DNA of 63,256 bases, the filler included, from Candidatus Omnitrophota bacterium (GTDB taxonomy: Bacteria > Omnitrophota > Gorgyraeia > Zapsychrales > Zapsychraceae), in NCBI GenBank assembly GCA_015233495.1. It is 4 parts of 4 records of this genome, joined end to end, with 100 filler letters (N's around TTAATTAATTAA, not from the genome) between each part and the next. Parts side by side here need not be neighbours in the genome. Positions count along the whole stretch, not along the records: positions 55,410 to 61,268 come from JADFXQ010000003.1; positions 61,369 to 63,256 come from JADFXQ010000005.1; 2 more parts are not named here. One strand, 5' to 3'. Positions 58,707-63,256 of the stretch are shown here, in pieces. Positions within the stretch are counted from its first letter, which is position 1, and every line of letters begins with the position of its first letter. A program made the translations under genes and the position numbers. The notes beneath the pieces were generated by a model. The model was given only the letters and a program-made list of their open reading frames with translations. It was not told where the DNA came from and did no database searches.

Positions 58707-59920
58707 TGCCCCGAAAATCCTTTCCTCTGCATAAAATATTCCATTAAAGCTTCGCCGCTTTCAAAATTCTTGCCAGTGGCCGCCGCTTCCTTTTCATTAT
58801 AAGCCGCTATTTCCATAGGCATAATATCTTTTCCCATCATCGTATAGCCAACCGGGGCGCCGGTGTGGGTTCGCAGTCCGACCGGCGTGGGATGATCCGG
58901 TAAAACCATAATCCGCGCATCGTCGTTTTTGCTGAACTGGTTAAGCACCCGTCCGACAATTTCCCGATCAATATTTTCAATCGCGGCGACTTTGGCCCGC
59001 CAATCGCCGTTGTGCCCTGCCTCATCCGGCGCTTCAATATGGATAAAAACAAAATCACAATGGCGCAAAGCCTCCAAGGCGTATTGCGCTTTCCCGGAAA
59101 AATTCGTATCATAATATCCGGTTATCCCTGGGACGTCAACGATTTGTAAACCAACCAATTTGCCGATGCCATTTACCAGATCAACCGCGGAAATAATCGC
59201 TCCGCTGACGCCATAGCGTTCGTGAAATAACGGCAAAGCCGGCTTCATGCCCTGGCCCCATAACCAAATCATATTCGCGGGATTTTCTCCCAGGTCCAAA
59301 CGAACCTTATTGATCGGATGATTCACCAACACATCCCAGGACTTTTCCATCATTTGCAACAAAACATCCGCCGCGGCGCTTCCCGCAGGCAAATAGGTTT
59401 TAATTTCTTGATCCAAAATGTCGTGTGGAGGAACGGTTCGCACTTGCGCGTATTCGCGGGGATTCGCGGTGTTGATGATCAATAAATGCCGATAACTTTT
59501 CCCGGCGTAAAACACCGCGTTCGGCAGTCCGATCTTTTCGCCCAATTCCTTAATCAAAACTGCCGCCTCTTTGGTCAAGATATGTCCAGCGCTGTAATCG
59601 CGCATCTTGCCGTCGCTCACCGTAACCAAATTACAACGCAAAGCTACCTGATTTTCATTTAAAGTCAGGCCCATACTGGCGGCTTCCAACGGCGCCCGGC
59701 CGCACATATATTTGCGCGGATCATATCCCAACAAGGACATATTACCCACATCCGATCCCGGAATCATCCCCTCGGGAATTGTCTGCACCAAACCGGTCAT
59801 TCCGTTCTGGGCGATATAATCCATATGCGGAGTGGCCGCAACTTCTAACGGAGTTTTTCCGTCAAGTTCCGGGAGCGGCTGGTCAGCCATGCCATCTGGG
59901 ACAATAATAATGTATTTCAT
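58703..59920 (-). CDS. apgM: ApgM-type cofactor-independent phosphoglycerate mutase family (proposed homoserine kinase subgroup)
   Basis: PDGMAD, TPLE.A.TP.MD, PGSDV, GRAPLEA, EAPDEAGH, PDHPTP..RTH. Confidence 0.88.
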   Translation of the reverse strand: MKYIIIVPDGMADQPLPELDGKTPLEVAATPHMDYIAQNGMTGLVQTIPEGMIPGSDVGNMSLLGYDPRKYMCGRAPLEAASMGLTLNENQVALRCNLVTVSDGKMRDYSAGHILTKEAAVLIKELGEKIGLPNAVFYAGKSYRHLLIINTANPREYAQVRTVPPHDILDQEIKTYLPAGSAAADVLLQMMEKSWDVLVNHPINKVRLDLGENPANMIWLWGQGMKPALPLFHERYGVSGAIISAVDLVNGIGKLVGLQIVDVPGITGYYDTNFSGKAQYALEALRHCDFVFIHIEAPDEAGHNGDWRAKVAAIENIDREIVGRVLNQFSKNDDARIMVLPDHPTPVGLRTHTGAPVGYTMMGKDIMPMEIAAYNEKEAAATGKNFESGEALMEYFMQRKGFSGQ

Positions 59921-59929
59921 AAAAAAAAG

Positions 59930-60592
59930 TTAACCAAAATGTTCTGCCAAAATTTGCGTCAGACTCCTCGCCATCGCCGGCCGGCTGCGGACCGTTTTTA
60001 AACACCTTCCCTGGGGATCAAAAACCAACCCCCGATATTGCCCGCCATCCACGCTGTTCGCCACCACCAGATCACATGCATTCGTGCCGGCCAAACGGAT
60101 AGCTTCTCGCTGCGCTTTTTTCTCCGTCAATCCCGGCTCCAGTTTAAAACCAACAAGATACGCGCGCGGGTTGATCTGTTTGATCTTACGAATCAACTTG
60201 GGCGTAGGGATCAAGGTGATCTTCCATTCCTTGCGTCCGGAAGCCAATTTAGCCGCGATTGTTTTTTGCGGACGATAATCCGCGACAGCTGCCGCGTGGA
60301 TAACCGCGTCATACGGTTTTTTCAATTCCGCGGTCAAACTTTTTTCCAAATCTTCAAAAAACAAAAACGGGACCACCCGCGCCTTAGTCCCTCGGTTCAA
60401 ACCAAAAATCGCTGGTCCTGCCAAATAAGTGACTTTAGCCCCTTGCTCTAGCAAGGCATGGACGATATCCCGTGCCATCAATCCTGAAGACATATTACTG
60501 ATCACCCGGGCCGCGTCCAAACGAACCCAAGTCGGTCCGCCGGTCACTAAAATTTTTTTATTTTGCAATGTATTTTTAGAAACCAATCGCAT
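59930..60592 (-). CDS. coaB: Phosphopantothenate--cysteine ligase (stand-alone CoaB domain)
   Basis: [35 protein letters not shown]. Confidence 0.85.
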   Translation of the reverse strand: MRLVSKNTLQNKKILVTGGPTWVRLDAARVISNMSSGLMARDIVHALLEQGAKVTYLAGPAIFGLNRGTKARVVPFLFFEDLEKSLTAELKKPYDAVIHAAAVADYRPQKTIAAKLASGRKEWKITLIPTPKLIRKIKQINPRAYLVGFKLEPGLTEKKAQREAIRLAGTNACDLVVANSVDGGQYRGLVFDPQGRCLKTVRSRPAMARSLTQILAEHFG

Positions 60593-61268
60593 GGAGAATC
60601 TTCTGCCGATCCGCTTTCATCTGAGCCGGCTGACCGATATTTTGGATCGCGATATTAGGATCCTTTAGCCCATGGCCGGTCAAGGTACAGACAATCCGGC
60701 CTGTTTTACCAGAAAAATATCCCGACGCGTGCAGCTTTAAAACCCCGGCTACTGACGCCGCCGAAGCGGGTTCGGCAAACACCGCGTCTTTCTGCGCGAG
60801 CAGCTTATAGGCTTCTAAGATCTCTTCATCGGTCACTAAATCAATTATCCCTTTGGATTCATCCCGAGCCGCAACCGCCGATTGCCAACTGGCCGGATTC
60901 CCGATGCGGATTGCCGTGGCAATGGTTTCCGGTTTTTCAATTATCCGGTCATGCACAATCGGAGCGGCACCCGCGGCCTGAAATCCCAGCATAACCGGCA
61001 GCTGACGACTCATCCCGGCCGCGAAATATTCCCGATAACCTTTCCAATAAGCAGTGATATTTCCCGCATTCCCGACGGGTATCGAGTGAAATTCCGGGGC
61101 GTCTTCCAAATCGTCGCAAATTTCAAACGCCGCGGTTTTCTGGCCTTCAATCCGAAACGGATTAATTGAGTTTACTAAAGCCACGGGATACTGCGCGGTG
61201 ATATCCCGCACCAAATTCAAGGCTTCGTCGAAATTACCCGCGATCGCAATCACCTGGGCCTGATGAAT
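60576..61268 (-). CDS. thrC: Threonine synthase (5' truncated)
   Basis: [53 protein letters not shown]. Confidence 0.93.
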   Translation of the reverse strand: MHQAQVIAIAGNFDEALNLVRDITAQYPVALVNSINPFRIEGQKTAAFEICDDLEDAPEFHSIPVGNAGNITAYWKGYREYFAAGMSRQLPVMLGFQAAGAAPIVHDRIIEKPETIATAIRIGNPASWQSAVAARDESKGIIDLVTDEEILEAYKLLAQKDAVFAEPASAASVAGVLKLHASGYFSGKTGRIVCTLTGHGLKDPNIAIQNIGQPAQMKADRQKILHAIGF

Positions 61269-61368
61269 NNNNNNNNNNNNNNNNNNNNNNNNNNNNNNNN
61301 NNNNNNNNNNNNTTAATTAATTAANNNNNNNNNNNNNNNNNNNNNNNNNNNNNNNNNNNNNNNNNNNN
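61269..61368. other. Artificial contig spacer
   Basis: N run with TTAATTAATTAA. Confidence 0.98.
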
Positions 61369-61711
61369 GGGCGATCAGAGTCGGGATAGCTGTTTCCAGC
61401 GGGATGATTTCAACATTTTTGATTTTCGCGATGTAGGACGAACGAACGGCCTGCCGGGTGACACAACGCAAGGCAGTCAATAAGTTTGGCGTAGACGCGT
61501 CAATCCCGACGCAAAGAATAATTTGTTTATCCTGCCGCAGCGGGAAAATTTGGCCATGATCCGCGGTAAATAAGCCCGAATCAAACAGGTTACGGATATC
61601 GGCGCTAAGGGCAAGTTTTTTTAAAGCCAGGATCTGTTCTGGCCAGCGCTTTTTTTCTAAAAATAGAATTGCGGCTTCTTGGTCAAATTGCGCGGTCGGA
61701 CGGAATTTCAT
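61369..61711 (-). CDS. N-terminal fragment, probably leucyl aminopeptidase (M17) N-domain
   Basis: GLFTADHGQ...IILCVGI resembles the M17 N-domain; catalytic part is not in the contig. Confidence 0.45.
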
Positions 61712-61753
61712 GAAAAATCTGCCTTTTTTATGGAATGATATCCGGTTAAAAAT

Positions 61754-63043
61754 TTACCGTTGTTCGATCGGAATATAATCCCGCTTCAGTAAACCCGTGT
61801 AAATTTGCCGCGGCCGTCCGATACGCGTCGCCGGATCTTCGGTCATTTCTTTCCAGTGGGCGATCCACCCGGGAAGCCGGCCGATCGCGAACATCACGGG
61901 AAACATATTGACGGGAATGCCGATCGCTTTATAAGCGATACCGCTGTAAAAATCAACATTCGGGAATAATTTCCGCTCGATAAAATAAGGATCGCTCAAA
62001 GCGATCTGTTCGAGCTCGATCGCGATATCCAGTAAAGGATCATGCAAATTCAGAGCTTTTAACAAAGCGTCCACTTTTTCTTTGATAATTTTCGCCCGCG
62101 GGTCGTAATTTTTATAAACCCGGTGACCAAAACCCATCAAACGAAAAGTGTCTTCTTTGTTTTTGGCTTTCGCGACGTATTTTTTGATATCGCCGCCGTC
62201 TTTGCGGATCATCTCGAGCATTTCGATCACGGATTGGTTGGCCCCGCCGTGCAGCGGCCCCCATAAGGCGTTGATCGCCGCGGATAAGCAGGCGAATAAA
62301 TTCGCTTTCGAGCTTCCGACCATGCGCACGGTTGAAGTGCTGCAGTTTTGTTCGTGGTCCGCGTGTAAAATCAGCAGGCATTGTAAAGCGTCGACCGCTT
62401 CCGGCCGGATTTCGTAATGCTTGGCCGGTGAAGAAAACATCATATTTAAAAAATTCGGGATATAACGCAAATCATGCCGAGGATAAACATAAGGTTCGCC
62501 AATCGATTTTTTATAGGCAAACGCGGCGATCGTGCGGACTTTCGATAAAAGTTCGACAATCATGATATCGATTTCCGCGGTCGAAGGATGCGGTTTGATC
62601 AATTCCGGATAATACGCGGCTAAAGAGCCGACCATGGCGGACAACAAACCCATCGGATGGCCGCCGGATTTGTAGCCTTCAAAAAAATGCTTCATGTCCT
62701 CATGGATCATGGCGTTATCGGAAAAACCCTGCGAAAACCGGTCCAGCTCTTTTAAACTCGGCAGATGGCCGTAAACCAGCAGATAGGCGGTTTCAATAAA
62801 AGAACATTTTTCCGCTAATTCTTCAATGGGGATGCCGCGATAACGTAAAATGCCTTTTTCACCGTCGAGAAACGTGATCGCGCTGCGGCAGGAGCCGGTG
62901 TTGCCATAACCATTGTCTAAGGTAATCAACCCGGTTAGCTGACGGAGATTGGTGATATCAATTCCTGATTCATTTTCCGTGCCGGTGATAATGGAGAATT
63001 CATAGGTTTTATCGTCAATAATCAATTTCGCGGTTTTGGTCAT
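61754..63043 (-). CDS. gltA: Citrate synthase (type II, Si-specific)
   Basis: GILRYRG, LHADHEQNCST, GPLHGGAN, GFGHRVYKNYDPR, PNVDFYSG; ATG 63043 after GGGGGGAG. Confidence 0.96.
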   Translation of the reverse strand: MTKTAKLIIDDKTYEFSIITGTENESGIDITNLRQLTGLITLDNGYGNTGSCRSAITFLDGEKGILRYRGIPIEELAEKCSFIETAYLLVYGHLPSLKELDRFSQGFSDNAMIHEDMKHFFEGYKSGGHPMGLLSAMVGSLAAYYPELIKPHPSTAEIDIMIVELLSKVRTIAAFAYKKSIGEPYVYPRHDLRYIPNFLNMMFSSPAKHYEIRPEAVDALQCLLILHADHEQNCSTSTVRMVGSSKANLFACLSAAINALWGPLHGGANQSVIEMLEMIRKDGGDIKKYVAKAKNKEDTFRLMGFGHRVYKNYDPRAKIIKEKVDALLKALNLHDPLLDIAIELEQIALSDPYFIERKLFPNVDFYSGIAYKAIGIPVNMFPVMFAIGRLPGWIAHWKEMTEDPATRIGRPRQIYTGLLKRDYIPIEQR

Positions 63044-63082
63044 AACTCCCCCCAAAGTAGCTGAAAAGTTAAAAATCGACGT

Positions 63083-63111
63083 ATTTTATAATAAACCGCT
63101 CTCGTAAGCAA
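63083..63111 (-). promoter_or_regulatory. Candidate sigma70 promoter of gltA
   Basis: TTGCTT-17 nt-TAAAAT on the minus strand. Confidence 0.55.
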
Positions 63112-63127
63112 GGCCTTTCCGCGGCTC

Positions 63128-63256
63128 TGTCCAGCCAAATTAATAATGTCCTAGTTCTACCAAAATAAAAATGTCCTAATTTCGGGTGGCTAAACTTCCT
63201 TTTAACTTGAATCCGTCTCTCCAATATGAGTTTTTTCTTGGAATGTATCTTTGTCG
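63128..63256 (-). mobile_element. End of an IS481/ISNCY (IS1202-like) element with transposase C-terminus
   Basis: Terminal TGT, two 19-nt direct repeats CCAAA(T/A)TAA(T/A)AATGTCCTA (63135-63153, 63160-63178), and a minus-strand frame RQRYIPRKNSYWRDGFKLKGSLATRN* stopping in the inner repeat. Confidence 0.6.

Noticed and set aside
1..63256. CRISPR array, rRNA, prophage, retron or DGR
   Set aside because: No spaced repeat array, rRNA-like sequence, phage genes or reverse transcriptase motifs seen; the Ig repeat pair is identical, not adenine-variable as in a DGR

Overview
Bacterial draft-genome window, most likely Candidatus Omnitrophota (PVC superphylum). The inference rests on a PVC signature small basic protein (20603-20878), the gene orders, and a large secreted 'cassette' protein of a kind I recall from that lineage. 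It is four contigs joined by 100-nt N/TTAATTAATTAA spacers (29820-29919, 55310-55409, 61269-61368), so adjacency across spacers is meaningless. Contig 1 (+): a dense housekeeping run (lipB, glycolipid genes, aroQ-pepP-efp-accBC-asp23-amaP, pfk, gmhA-rfaE2, thiD2-thiE, tRNA-Gly, AAA ATPase, HIT-dGTPase-HD-GYP, SPOR, aroB), ending in a truncated >2000-aa SpvB/FG-GAP/YD-repeat protein with inserted Ig repeats. Contig 2 (+): an interrupted PKD-repeat gene, cusCBA-type efflux, pstSCAB1B2-phoU-uppP plus envelope genes, a 1250-aa secreted protein with a eukaryote-type UDP-sugar pyrophosphorylase core, an MFS transporter and a metal-binding protein. Contig 3 (-): thrC-coaB-apgM-lysC-cimA-valS. Contig 4 (-): gltA, a probable pepA fragment and an IS end. 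Top findings: (1) the secreted scaffold-plus-cargo protein with a USP-like cargo; (2) two PstB subunits with complementary motif degeneration, predicting an asymmetric one-active-site phosphate ABC importer; (3) the Tc/RHS-like giant protein; (4) a tRNA-Gly gene that contains the thiE stop codon. All calls are by motif recognition only; no searches were run.
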